Part shown: positions 8,094 to 17,176 of the stretch, piece after piece
Layout of the letters: each line of letters starts with the position of its first letter
Numbering within the stretch: the stretch's first letter is position 1
Assembly (NCBI GenBank): GCA_021774785.1
Contig: JAJFIQ010000012.1
Location: 22,459-86,458 of the forward strand
Direction of reading: 5' to 3'
Source of the DNA: Emcibacter sp.
GTDB taxonomy: Bacteria; Pseudomonadota; Alphaproteobacteria; Sphingomonadales; Emcibacteraceae
DNA length: 64,000 nucleotides
The notes under the pieces: model-generated
The model's input: only the letters and a program-made list of their open reading frames with translations
What the model was told of the DNA's origin: nothing
Databases searched by the model: none
Translations under genes and position numbers: made by a program

Positions 8094-10112
8094 TCAAACT
8101 TTCATTCTTCTTCTTTTCCAAAGCAGAAACCCGGAAAACATCACTAATGATAAACCGATGATTATATTAAGGTCATCCCTGAGAGCCGTTTTTGGGTATG
8201 CCAGCGTCCGCTTGTGAAGCCAGCCTTTTGGGTGATGCTGGGGAACCTCTTTACTGGTCAGTTCTTCTTCAATCGGTCTTGCTGTTGTTTTATCGACGGC
8301 CACAAGGCTGGTATATTTACTGACCAGGTGATGTTTGATCGCCAGTGCCGTAATGTCCCGTTTTACGGCGTCAGCATCTGCCCCCTCATATACACTATCC
8401 AGAAGTGAGGATATCTTTTGTCGTGCCCATAATTGTGGGATACCGTCATGATTTTTCTGTTCCCCAAAGTTCAAACTGGTTTTCCACAGATTAGCCCGCG
8501 TCTGACCGGAGATACTTACAGCTCCCTTAGGTGCTTTTAGCTTGGCTTTAATTATGAGCGGTTCCCCCTGATAAAGGTCTGGAATTTTTCTCGGCCACAT
8601 TTCAACCTGTGAATCCTCCGGCCAATCAACTTGCAAATTGGTCAACACTGGTGCCGACAATTTGCTGAATAGATTTTGCATCTTTTCCGAAACTTCCTCT
8701 ACATTGCCGATATAGGTGAATGTCCCGCGACCATATTCAGCGGCTTTTTTCATGAAAAAACTATTTGGCGCAGATCCGATTCCAACCGTAAAAAGTCTTG
8801 ATTTTCCAATTTTGTCTTTAATGATCGAAAAAAGATCATGTTCATTGCCGATGGCACCGTCCGTGAGAAAAATAACCTGCCGTACTCTGCTACCCGACCG
8901 CTGATTGTCAAGAGCCTTATGAAGGGCCGCAGACATCTCGGTTCCACCGTCCGCAACCAAAGCGTTAACGAAGGTCAGCGCCTCATTTTGTGTGGATTCC
9001 GTTACCGCCACCGATCGCGGATATAAAGTGGTATAGCGTGAATCAAATTCAATGATATTAAAATAGTCACCTTTGGGCAGTCGTTTAACCGCCAGCGCCA
9101 TTGCCTGTTTTGCCTGCCTGATAGATGCACCACCCATTGAACCAGAGGTATCAATAACAAAAACGGTTTCCTTGGGCAGACGGGTTACTTCCTTAAAAAC
9201 CTCATTTCCGGGAACCAGCATCATCAAGGCATAATGATCTTCACCATCGCTATTCTGAAAAAATGCCGCCTTGGGTTCCTGTCCCAGTTTTAATTGCCAG
9301 GTAAGCACAAAATCCCGATCGGCTATGACATCTTCCATCCCAAGCTTCGTCGCCCAGTGACCCTGTGATTTTTTTTGTTTAATAATGTCATGATAACGGC
9401 TTTCAAGGGAGGCCAGCTCTATTCCGGCATTTATATCTGCCGCAATGGTAAGAACATTTTTTCGCTGACTTTCTGGAGGAATAACAGGTGAGATCAAAAT
9501 GTGCTCCCCAGAAAGGGTCTGTGAAAATCCGTCTTCCCCAATGGTGATTAACCCTTCTGATATTTGGTGCAAGGGTGTATATCGCGGGCCGACAACACTT
9601 GGAAAACGCAGCTCAAAAATACCCTTGTCATAGGAAACTTCCTGTTGATATTCAATTCTGACAATAATTTCTTCGCCCGGAGCAATATTGGCCACCTTGG
9701 TTGTGAAAATATTCGGCCTTTGCTGCTCCAGAAGCGATGCTTTTTTACCGGCCTGTTTGGCGGCAATATAGGTTTTTTTAGCCTGTTGCTTTTCCTGAAT
9801 TTCACCTTCAACGATACGGTCTCCAATGATAAGTTTCAAATGATCCACGGCGGCATTTTCTGGCAATGGGAACATATAAGTCGCTTCTTGCCACTGATCC
9901 GTGGTGTTTTTAAATTTCTGATTAACTTTCACCCGCGCCGTTATGCCGTTAATAGAAATTTTCACATCAGTATCCAGCAAGGGCGCTTCAAGGGAACCCT
10001 GCTCCGTATCGCTGACAAATAGCAAAACCGGAACATCGGCACCAGCCTGTTGAATGATGATGAGATTAAAAAAGCTTAGCGTTATCACACGCATTCTGCG
10101 TAATATTGTCAT
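8094..10112 (-). CDS. marine proteobacterial sortase target protein (VIT + vWA domains, C-terminal sorting signal)
   Basis: 672 aa with a signal peptide. VIT-like N-terminus and vWA MIDAS motif VFVIDTSGSMGG. C-terminus reads LAYPKTA, then a hydrophobic helix (IIIGLSLVMFSGFLLW), then a basic tail KRRRMKV. Confidence 0.85.
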   Translation of the reverse strand: MTILRRMRVITLSFFNLIIIQQAGADVPVLLFVSDTEQGSLEAPLLDTDVKISINGITARVKVNQKFKNTTDQWQEATYMFPLPENAAVDHLKLIIGDRIVEGEIQEKQQAKKTYIAAKQAGKKASLLEQQRPNIFTTKVANIAPGEEIIVRIEYQQEVSYDKGIFELRFPSVVGPRYTPLHQISEGLITIGEDGFSQTLSGEHILISPVIPPESQRKNVLTIAADINAGIELASLESRYHDIIKQKKSQGHWATKLGMEDVIADRDFVLTWQLKLGQEPKAAFFQNSDGEDHYALMMLVPGNEVFKEVTRLPKETVFVIDTSGSMGGASIRQAKQAMALAVKRLPKGDYFNIIEFDSRYTTLYPRSVAVTESTQNEALTFVNALVADGGTEMSAALHKALDNQRSGSRVRQVIFLTDGAIGNEHDLFSIIKDKIGKSRLFTVGIGSAPNSFFMKKAAEYGRGTFTYIGNVEEVSEKMQNLFSKLSAPVLTNLQVDWPEDSQVEMWPRKIPDLYQGEPLIIKAKLKAPKGAVSISGQTRANLWKTSLNFGEQKNHDGIPQLWARQKISSLLDSVYEGADADAVKRDITALAIKHHLVSKYTSLVAVDKTTARPIEEELTSKEVPQHHPKGWLHKRTLAYPKTALRDDLNIIIGLSLVMFSGFLLWKRRRMKV

Positions 10113-10356
10113 TGGTTATAGACCCCACATTTTTAGATTTGAAAATTTTAGTGGGAGAATATTATTGTGAAAATATGTCGCTATGAGGGAAAAAAGAAGG
10201 CGATTAATTGTTAAAATTTAGACCGGAACTCCTTATTCTCGGCATAATTTGTCATAATTGGGCGCTTTCGGGTTTATCATTACCTATGGTCCTCTGAAGT
10301 TTGAGGTGAAACTGATAAAAACCCCCATACATTCATACAATTGAATTTACATTTGA

Positions 10357-11919
10357 CTATATAAATCCTTTTTCACCCGCCCAATATGGTTTTCGCATGT
10401 CCACCTTCAGGGTTTTTCCTGCCGCAGATATGGGAAATGGCTCCGTTCTGAATTCAATGGTTCTGGGACATTTGTAACCCGCGATCTGCTTCTTGCAGTG
10501 ATCAATTAGGGCCTGTTCTGTGACGGTTTGTTCCGGCTTTAAAATCACAATGGCATGAACCGCCTCGCCCCATTTATCATCGGGGATACCAATAACGGCA
10601 ACATCCTGAATAGAGGGATGTGTTGATATTATGCTCTCCACCTCTACTGAGAATATATTTTCACCACCGGAAATGATCATATCTTTCACCCGGTCTACCA
10701 GATAAATATAACCATCTTCGTCCATATAACCGGCATCACCAGAGGCAACCCAGCCATCCTTTAGAGTTTTGGCGGTCTGTTCGGGCATATTCAGATAACC
10801 CAGCATAACGGTTGCCCCAGCGGCATGAATTTCACCAACTTCGCCAGTGGGGAGTATATTACCTTCTTCCCCTACGATTTGCACACGTGACATTATGGTG
10901 GGTTTGCCAGCCGATTTAAGCCTTGGGTTGCCTATGGTATGATCAACCTTTGACAGCAGCGTTACAATCGGGGACATCTCCGTCTGACCATAAGCCTGCA
11001 CCAGTTCAACATTTGTCATTCTTTCCATCAAACCCATAAGTACGCCTTCGGGCATGGGCGATGCGCCATAAATTATAGTATGCAGGGATGAAAAATCCAC
11101 CGCTGTTAATTTTGGCGATGACAGAAGAATTTTAATCATTGTCGGGACGAGCAGGCAAAAACTAACCCGGTGTTTTTCAATGGCCTGCAATACGGCATTG
11201 GGTTCGAACTGTGGGATAAAAACCTGTTTGGCCCCCATCATGGTTGCCGCGACAAGAAGTGACATATCAGCAACATGAAACATCGGGGCCGCATGCAGAC
11301 AAATATCTGATTCCGTGATTTCAATAGCGTGTGTGACGGGCAAACTGCTGCTCCATATTCCTGCATGACACAGCATTACCCCTTTGGGATGTCCGGTCGT
11401 GCCCCCTGTGTACAGTATAGCCGCCATATCATCATCACCGCATAATACACGTTCCGCCCTACCGCTCGTATTTACCAGACTTTCATACGGTATTGCCCAG
11501 TCAGGACAATCCCCTTCACTCATATATATAAAATGCATAACGGTGCCGTCGGATTCTGCCTTCAACTGTTCAACCACAGATATAAAGTTTTGTTCAAAAA
11601 ACAAAACTTTTGCCTCACTATCAGTAAGGGCAAATTGGTTTTCTCTGGCGGACCAGCGAATATTCAATGGAACGACAACTGCCCCCATCCACCATGGGGT
11701 ATAATAGACCTCCATATAACGGTCAGAATTTAAGGATAGAACCGCCAAGCGGTCTTTTTCTTTCAGACCCAGCTTCTGCAAGCTAAAGGCCAGAGCGGCA
11801 ATGCGGTTCTGTAATTCGCCCCAATTATGAGTACGGTCCCCAAAAATAGTCGCCACATCATATTTTTTGGTCAAGGCATAATGTTCGATCATTTGGGTCA
11901 GACTAATACGAGAAGACAT
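10357..11919 (-). CDS. long-chain fatty acid-CoA ligase / AMP-dependent synthetase
   Basis: 520 aa. AMP-binding motif LYTGGTTGHPKGVM, plus GDAGYMDEDGYIYLVDRVKDMI and a C-terminal K in GKTLK. Confidence 0.9.
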   Translation of the reverse strand: MSSRISLTQMIEHYALTKKYDVATIFGDRTHNWGELQNRIAALAFSLQKLGLKEKDRLAVLSLNSDRYMEVYYTPWWMGAVVVPLNIRWSARENQFALTDSEAKVLFFEQNFISVVEQLKAESDGTVMHFIYMSEGDCPDWAIPYESLVNTSGRAERVLCGDDDMAAILYTGGTTGHPKGVMLCHAGIWSSSLPVTHAIEITESDICLHAAPMFHVADMSLLVAATMMGAKQVFIPQFEPNAVLQAIEKHRVSFCLLVPTMIKILLSSPKLTAVDFSSLHTIIYGASPMPEGVLMGLMERMTNVELVQAYGQTEMSPIVTLLSKVDHTIGNPRLKSAGKPTIMSRVQIVGEEGNILPTGEVGEIHAAGATVMLGYLNMPEQTAKTLKDGWVASGDAGYMDEDGYIYLVDRVKDMIISGGENIFSVEVESIISTHPSIQDVAVIGIPDDKWGEAVHAIVILKPEQTVTEQALIDHCKKQIAGYKCPRTIEFRTEPFPISAAGKTLKVDMRKPYWAGEKGFI

Positions 11920-12186
11920 CTTTTATCATCCTTTCACATTCTGGTTTGTGTGCGGCTTAAAAGCTTAATTTGTATCACGTTGCATAGCCTGAGGAATATA
12001 CTAATGAATACAGAGAATATATAAATATAAAAACTCTGAATTTAAATGATAATGTAAAATATGGTGCACAAAGATAGAAATCAGTTGAACCAATTATTCG
12101 ATGAGCTAGCCACTTGGGAAGAGATATTAAAGGATGCATCTTTAAAGGATAACCCTAGCGACCCTGAACCGTAGCAAAAAGCATTT

Positions 12187-12263
12187 AAGGCTATTTTATG
12201 GCTAGTTTGTGGCTATGGCGCTCTTGATTTTCGGCTAATTATCGGCTAAATTAAGGCTATGAC
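12187..12263 (+). repeat. 11-bp phased GGCTA array (6 of 7 consecutive helical-turn units)
   Basis: GGCTA starts at 12189, 12200, 12211, 12233, 12244 and 12255 (spacing exactly 11 bp; the 12222 unit is degenerate). Units: aaGGCTAtttt / atGGCTAgttt / gtGGCTAtggc / gctcttgattt / tcGGCTAatta / tcGGCTAaatt / aaGGCTAtgac. The last unit contains the fic ATG. Confidence 0.8.
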
Positions 12264-13305
12264 TTGGAAACCAAATTATACTATATCCGACAAGCTTCTT
12301 TTCACTATTCGTGAAATTGGTGAATCCATCGGTGAGATTAAAAGCTTTTCACTTACGGGCAAAACGCTTGCAAAACTTGAACTTGAGGCCAGAGAATTGT
12401 CCTCGTTTGCCTCGACAAGTATTGAAGGCAACCCCTTGGCATTAACAGATGTGAAATATCTTCTAAAAAATAAAAAAGAACACATTCGTGATACAGAGCG
12501 GGAAGTATTAAATTATAATAAAGCCCTACGAAAATTATATACGGACGTTGGCGATCAAGCATTTAAACTGAACAAAGCCACATTAGAAAAAACTCAAAAA
12601 CAGGTTGTTGAAGGCCTGATGGATAATCCGTCAGATATAGGGCATATCAGACAAGCCCCTGTGGTTATTCGTAACCCACGCAAATTGGATGAATTTGTAT
12701 TTCTACCGCCCGAAGCCAAAGATGTTGAAGCTTTAATAAAAGATATGTTTGATTTTATTAATACGCATATTGGTAAAATTGACCCCATTATATTAGCAGG
12801 TATATTCCACCGCCAATGTGTGATTATCCACCCCTTTATGGATGGTAATGGTCGCACAACACGCCTAATTACAACGGCTATTCTTGGTAAGGCTGGACTT
12901 GATTTGTTTGAAATTTTTAGTTTTGAAAACTATTATAATCAAAATATTACCCGTTACTTTAAAGCTGTTGGATTGCAAGGTGACTATTACGATCTAAAAG
13001 GTGAGATCGACTTTACTGGCTGGCTAGAATATTTTGCTGATGGGATTTTAGACGAGCTACGCAGGATACGCAAAGCACTTCCTGAAAAATTAGAGGCCAA
13101 ACCACGCTTAGAGCCGCACCATAAACAAGTACTAGGTTATATTGCAGAGCAAGGCAGCATTACTCAACGCGAATATAGTCAAATATCAAACCGCAGCCTA
13201 GCAGCGCGCAAACTTGATTTTGAAAGGCTTCTTACTCTTGGCCTGATAAAAACCGAAGGGTCAGGGCGCGGCACTTATTATGTACGAAAGGCTTCCTCAG
13301 ATTAA
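12259..13305 (+). CDS. fic: Fic family protein (class II, internal inhibitory helix, C-terminal wHTH)
   Basis: 348 aa. Fic active-site motif HPFMDGNGRTTRL. Inhibitory motif (S/T)xxxE(G/N) as STSIEGN near the N-terminus. wHTH-like C-terminus (VLGYIAEQGSITQREYSQISNRSLAARKLDFERLLTLGLI). Confidence 0.9.
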   Translation: MTWKPNYTISDKLLFTIREIGESIGEIKSFSLTGKTLAKLELEARELSSFASTSIEGNPLALTDVKYLLKNKKEHIRDTEREVLNYNKALRKLYTDVGDQAFKLNKATLEKTQKQVVEGLMDNPSDIGHIRQAPVVIRNPRKLDEFVFLPPEAKDVEALIKDMFDFINTHIGKIDPIILAGIFHRQCVIIHPFMDGNGRTTRLITTAILGKAGLDLFEIFSFENYYNQNITRYFKAVGLQGDYYDLKGEIDFTGWLEYFADGILDELRRIRKALPEKLEAKPRLEPHHKQVLGYIAEQGSITQREYSQISNRSLAARKLDFERLLTLGLIKTEGSGRGTYYVRKASSD

Positions 13306-13373
13306 ATTTAATGCACCCTGAGCCCTAATAACTGCGTCAAACCCCCGAAACAATAACACATTTAAACCATTAT

Positions 13374-13403
13374 AAGCTCTGCCCGATTGGGTGGAGCTTT
13401 TTT
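13374..13403 (+). terminator. rho-independent terminator after fic
   Basis: aagctctgccc-gatt-gggtggagctt forms an 11-bp stem with 2 G-U pairs, followed by TTTTT. Confidence 0.65.
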
Positions 13404-13415
13404 ATTGAGGAACAC

Positions 13416-13561
13416 ATGAAAGATCGCCGCATTGCCCCCATTTCTGTCCGTGCGACAGCAGAGGAACGCGCCTTGCTAGTGCAGTTCTCTGAGGCGGCAG
13501 GCATGTCTTTAAGTGGCTATATGAAATGGTGTTCACTGGAACGGGACAAACATAATGCGGT
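13416..13561 (+). pseudogene. MobC-like ribbon-helix-helix mobilisation protein, N-terminal fragment
   Basis: MKDRRIAPISVRATAEERALLVQFSEAAGMSLSGYMKWCSLE resembles the MobC/RHH N-terminus. Beyond about residue 45 the 90-aa ORF becomes featureless and overlaps the recombinase fragment in another frame. Confidence 0.45.
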
Positions 13562-13564
13562 TAA

Positions 13565-14159
13565 ACTCCCTATCACACGCAGGCGCAACCCTACTATAGG
13601 TGCAATCAGCGCGAGTGCGCTGCTTACGGTAAATCGGTTAATGCCAACAAGATGCATGCTGAATTTTCTGATCTATTGGAAACCCTGACACCCTCCACAG
13701 GGCTTATTAAAGTCTCCACCGTTATCTTTGGGGATGTTTGGGATCAGAAAATGAAACTCTTCAAGAAGGATATGGAGCAAGTGAAGAATGAGCTAATAGG
13801 CGTGGATGATAAAATCCAAACCTTGCTGGATCGTATTCTTAAGGCTGAGAGCGATACTTTGATCACAGCCTATGAAAATCGTATTCAGGAACTGGAGAGA
13901 AAGAAGCTTGTTTTAACCGAAAAACTTGCCCAAAAGCAGAGACCCTTGGGAGAAAAATTGAACACCTTCAAAGAAGCCATTAAATTCCTCTCTAACCCGC
14001 AGAAACTATGGAACTCCGACAAGGTAGAGGATAAGAAGGCTGTGTTAAAATTAGCCTTTTCAGAGAGATTGCCCTACACCCGAAATATAGGGTTTGGAAC
14101 ACCAAATTTATCGTTGCCTTTCAAGGCTTTAGGGGCAAATTGCGCTTCAGATTTTACGA
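13565..14159 (+). pseudogene. large serine recombinase, C-terminal fragment (zinc-ribbon end + coiled coil), lacking the catalytic domain
   Basis: Extending upstream of the ATG at 13652 in frame gives TPYHTQAQPYYRCNQRECAAYGKSVNANKMHAEFSDLLETLTPSTGLIKV. This has the pattern of the zinc-ribbon end of a recombinase followed by the coiled coil (DKIQTLLDRILKAESDTLITAYENRIQELERKKLVLTEKL). No resolvase catalytic domain lies upstream. The ORF then reads through tRNA-Thr. Confidence 0.6.
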
Positions 14160-14234
14160 TGGTGCCGCTGGGAAGAATTGAACTTCCGACCTCGTCATTA
14201 CCAATGACGCGCTCTACCACTGAGCTACAGCGGC
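14160..14234 (-). tRNA. tRNA-Thr (anticodon GGT)
   Basis: The reverse complement gccgctgtagctcagtggtagagcgcgtcattggtaatgacgaggtcggaagttcaattcttcccagcggcacca folds as a cloverleaf. Acceptor gccgctg/cagcggc, anticodon loop ttGGTaa, T-loop ttcaatt, encoded CCA. Confidence 0.92.
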
Positions 14235-14391
14235 CCTGTACTGAGGGCCAGACAGAAAAAATACACTGTCAGAATGGCGCGGAAGATGCCATAGCTTTTA
14301 AGCGCGTGCAAGCCCTATTCCAGAATTATTTGCGATTTGAGGAAAATGTCCGTAAATTGGCCTTAATTGGCCATAAACTAACGGGATCATC

Positions 14392-14526
14392 ATGAATAAA
14401 AAAGACAAGAAACAGGAAAAACAGGATCGGCTGGCGCAAGCGCTAAGGGATAATTTGAAGCGACGTAAACAACAAGCCTCCACCCCGACCAAAAGCGTGC
14501 CTTCTTCAGATAAGGAAAAAGAATAA
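14392..14526 (+). CDS. small basic protein (44 aa), hypothetical
   Basis: ORF found by hand, below the track cutoff: MNKKDKKQEKQDRLAQALRDNLKRRKQQASTPTKSVPSSDKEKE. The RLAxALRxNLxRRK motif resembles small conserved alphaproteobacterial proteins as I recall them. The Shine-Dalgarno sequence is weak. Confidence 0.4.
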   Translation: MNKKDKKQEKQDRLAQALRDNLKRRKQQASTPTKSVPSSDKEKE

Positions 14527-14616
14527 CCTTGCCATATCCTCCAGACTTGTGGACGACCGCATTCTGGGTTACAAAAACACAGACAGTAAAATTATACGGA
14601 AAGGATCAAAAGTCAT

Positions 14617-15171
14617 ATGGCCATCATGTCAGATAAATGGATCAGGGAACAAGCCTTGAATAAAGGTATGATCGACCCCTTTGAGGATCGCCAAAAGCGC
14701 GAGGGGGTAATATCCTATGGTCTGTCATCATATGGTTATGACGCAAGGGTTTCAGGAGAATTCAAGATTTTTACCGATGTGGATTCGGTAACCGTGGACC
14801 CGAAAAATTTTGCATCGGAAAGTTTCGTTGACCGGCCCGGTGATGTCTGCATCATTCCGCCAAACTCATTTGCTCTGGCACGGACTGTAGAATATTTCCG
14901 TATCCCGGAAAATGTACTGGTGATTTGTCTGGGTAAATCCACCTATGCCCGTTGTGGTATTATCGTCAATGTGACCCCGTTAGAGCCGGGCTGGGAAGGG
15001 CATGTAACGCTGGAGTTTTCCAACACTACACCCCTGCCTGCCAAAATCTATGCCAATGAGGGAGCCTGTCAGTTCCTGTTTTTTGAGGGTAACGAACCTT
15101 GCGAAGTCCCCTATAATGCCAGATCCGGCAAATATATGGGCCAAACTGGCGTAACATTACCCAAGCTCTAA
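14617..15171 (+). CDS. dcd: dCTP deaminase
   Basis: 184 aa. [10 protein letters not shown] start, [27 protein letters not shown] and [14 protein letters not shown] are typical of Dcd. Alternative start at 14626. Confidence 0.92.
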   Translation: MAIMSDKWIREQALNKGMIDPFEDRQKREGVISYGLSSYGYDARVSGEFKIFTDVDSVTVDPKNFASESFVDRPGDVCIIPPNSFALARTVEYFRIPENVLVICLGKSTYARCGIIVNVTPLEPGWEGHVTLEFSNTTPLPAKIYANEGACQFLFFEGNEPCEVPYNARSGKYMGQTGVTLPKL

Positions 15172-15327
15172 AAACCTGAAGCCCATAATGGGCTGAAGCA
15201 AGGCCGACTGGCCGCCCGAGTTAATATGCGGAGGGGGAGCTGCCCTAGCTTTAGTTCACTAAAGCGGAAAATAAGGAAAGGGCATGGGGGAATTATCCCC
15301 CCTAAACTAAAAAAGAGACCATATTAT

Positions 15328-16617
15328 ATGGAAAAAATTGTCATTAAAGGCGGCCATAGACTGGAAGGCCAGCTACCCATCAGTGGGGCCAAGAATGCGG
15401 CTTTACCTCTTATGTGCGCCGGATTGCTCGCCAAAGATGGTCTGACCCTGCATAACCTGCCCCATCTGGCCGATATAAAAACACTGGCCAGCCTGTTGAC
15501 AGAACTGGGCAGCACCATCAGCTATGACGAGGAAGGATGGGATATAGGCAGCGGGCAGACTGTAACCATTGCCGCCAGCCACATCGCCAGCACCACAGCC
15601 CCCTATGACATGGTTCGCAAAATGCGGGCCTCCATATTGGTTCTTGGGCCTCTTCTGGCACGAGAAGGGGAAGCCATAGTCTCCCTGCCCGGGGGATGTG
15701 CCATTGGCAACCGTCCCATTGATCTACACCTGAAGGCTTTTGAGGATATTGGGGCTACTATTGAACTGAAAGACGGCTATGTTCGGGCATCGGGAAAACT
15801 CACCGGCGGTACGGTTCACTTTCCCATCGTCTCTGTGGGGGCTACGGAAAATATCCTCATGGCCGCCTGCCTCGCGGATGGCATAACCATCATAGAAAAT
15901 GCCGCAAAAGAGCCGGAAATAACCGACCTTGCTACGTGCCTGGTTGCCATGGGGGCTAAAATATCCGGCATTGGCACATCACGGTTGGAGGTCGAGGGCG
16001 TCAACGAACTCCATGCAGCAGAATATACCGTTATGCCCGACAGAATCGAAGCCGGAAGCTACACTGTTGCCGCTGCCATGACGGGGGGGGAACTTGAATT
16101 GCTGGGGGATAATCTGCCCTATGTCATGACCGGAACACTTGAAATTCTGAAACAGGCGGGACTTGTTTTTACTGAAACGGAAAGGGGCTTGCTCACCCGC
16201 CTTGGGCCAGAAAAAATAATTGGCATTAATGCTGTAACCCAGCCCTTCCCCGGTTTCCCAACCGATATGCAGGCACAGCTTATGGCCATGATGACATTAT
16301 GCGACGGTGCATCGGTCATCACAGAAACCATCTTTGAAAACAGATTCATGCATGTACCGGAATTATGCCGTATGGGGGCGGATATAACGGTCAATGGTTC
16401 TACCGCCACAATCAGGGGTATTGAGAAGCTTTTGGGCGCGCCCGTCATGGCAACCGACCTTCGGGCTTCCATGTCGCTCGTACTGGCCGGACTTGCCGCA
16501 GAAGGCGTCACAGAGGTCAAACGTATTTATCATCTGGACCGGGGCTATGAACGTCTGGTACAAAAGCTAGGATCATGCGGTGCGAAAATATCCCGCGAGA
16601 AAGATAACGACATTTAA
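15328..16617 (+). CDS. murA: UDP-N-acetylglucosamine 1-carboxyvinyltransferase
   Basis: [29 protein letters not shown] is the canonical MurA N-terminus. The track ORF from 15226 is an N-terminal over-extension. The ATG at 15328 was verified in the sequence. Confidence 0.95.
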   Translation: MEKIVIKGGHRLEGQLPISGAKNAALPLMCAGLLAKDGLTLHNLPHLADIKTLASLLTELGSTISYDEEGWDIGSGQTVTIAASHIASTTAPYDMVRKMRASILVLGPLLAREGEAIVSLPGGCAIGNRPIDLHLKAFEDIGATIELKDGYVRASGKLTGGTVHFPIVSVGATENILMAACLADGITIIENAAKEPEITDLATCLVAMGAKISGIGTSRLEVEGVNELHAAEYTVMPDRIEAGSYTVAAAMTGGELELLGDNLPYVMTGTLEILKQAGLVFTETERGLLTRLGPEKIIGINAVTQPFPGFPTDMQAQLMAMMTLCDGASVITETIFENRFMHVPELCRMGADITVNGSTATIRGIEKLLGAPVMATDLRASMSLVLAGLAAEGVTEVKRIYHLDRGYERLVQKLGSCGAKISREKDNDI

Positions 16618-16633
16618 TAGTCAGGGGAAAATA

Positions 16634-17119
16634 TTGGACAAGCTGAAGCTCAAGGCTGAAGACATAGAAGACTTAACCATCATGTCCGCGTACCTTCAGG
16701 ACGCGATTACCATGATGGGCGATATAGTCTATCTGCGGGACAGCAGACGGTTTGTCGTTATGCTCAACCGCTATGTCTGGGAAAATAGATGTCCTGATAC
16801 CGGAAATGTCCTTCCTGAAATAAGCATTCCCTGCAGCCGCATTCGCACGGGTCTTCATTTTGATGACGTATTAAAAATCGACAGTCAGAATATCGCAATG
16901 TCGCTGAAAGAGCACCCCCTTGAGCTATTATCCATAGAAGCCTATCAATTGGAAAACGATACATATCACGTGGTTTTTGTCTTTTCAGGCAAAGGTATAA
17001 TCCGACTTGAGTGTGAGATGATTTCCGCCCATATGCAGGACATTGGGGATGCCTGGCCTGCCAAATGCCACCCCAAACATGAAATTCTTAACGTCCTGCA
17101 GAATGATAATACTGGATAG
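16634..17119 (+). CDS. DUF2948 family protein
   Basis: KLKLKAEDIEDLTIMSAYLQDAI... is typical of DUF2948, which commonly lies between murA and hisG in alphaproteobacteria. I prefer the TTG at 16634, which follows the murA stop. The track start at 16580 overlaps murA by 38 nt. Confidence 0.7.
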   Translation: MDKLKLKAEDIEDLTIMSAYLQDAITMMGDIVYLRDSRRFVVMLNRYVWENRCPDTGNVLPEISIPCSRIRTGLHFDDVLKIDSQNIAMSLKEHPLELLSIEAYQLENDTYHVVFVFSGKGIIRLECEMISAHMQDIGDAWPAKCHPKHEILNVLQNDNTG

Positions 17120-17176
17120 TTCGCTCACAATTTTGTACAACGGGGCAATTTTTTGAATTTCAGGAGTGAAAGTAAG

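Noticed and set aside
12062-12090. Possible att-like partial repeat of the tRNA-Thr 3' end (tggtgc...agaa...ttgaac)
   Set aside because: Only short scattered matches. The match is too degenerate to call an att site by eye, so I mention it only as a lead within the island finding.
13652-14395. 247-aa ORF in the track
   Set aside because: Only the first ~165 codons are recombinase-like. The rest is the reverse complement of tRNA-Thr (IELPTSSLPMTRSTTELQRP) and intergenic DNA. I treat it as a pseudogene fragment (13565-14159), not an intact CDS.
15226-15327. N-terminal extensions in the ORF track: murA from 15226, rng from 20990, cytochrome c from 54057, lipoprotein from 23333, GltB-like from 62029, argD from 32382, ada from 48097
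   Set aside because: In each case the conserved protein N-terminus begins at a downstream ATG, with a better ribosome-binding site or without overlap of the preceding gene. The extensions are out-of-family sequence.
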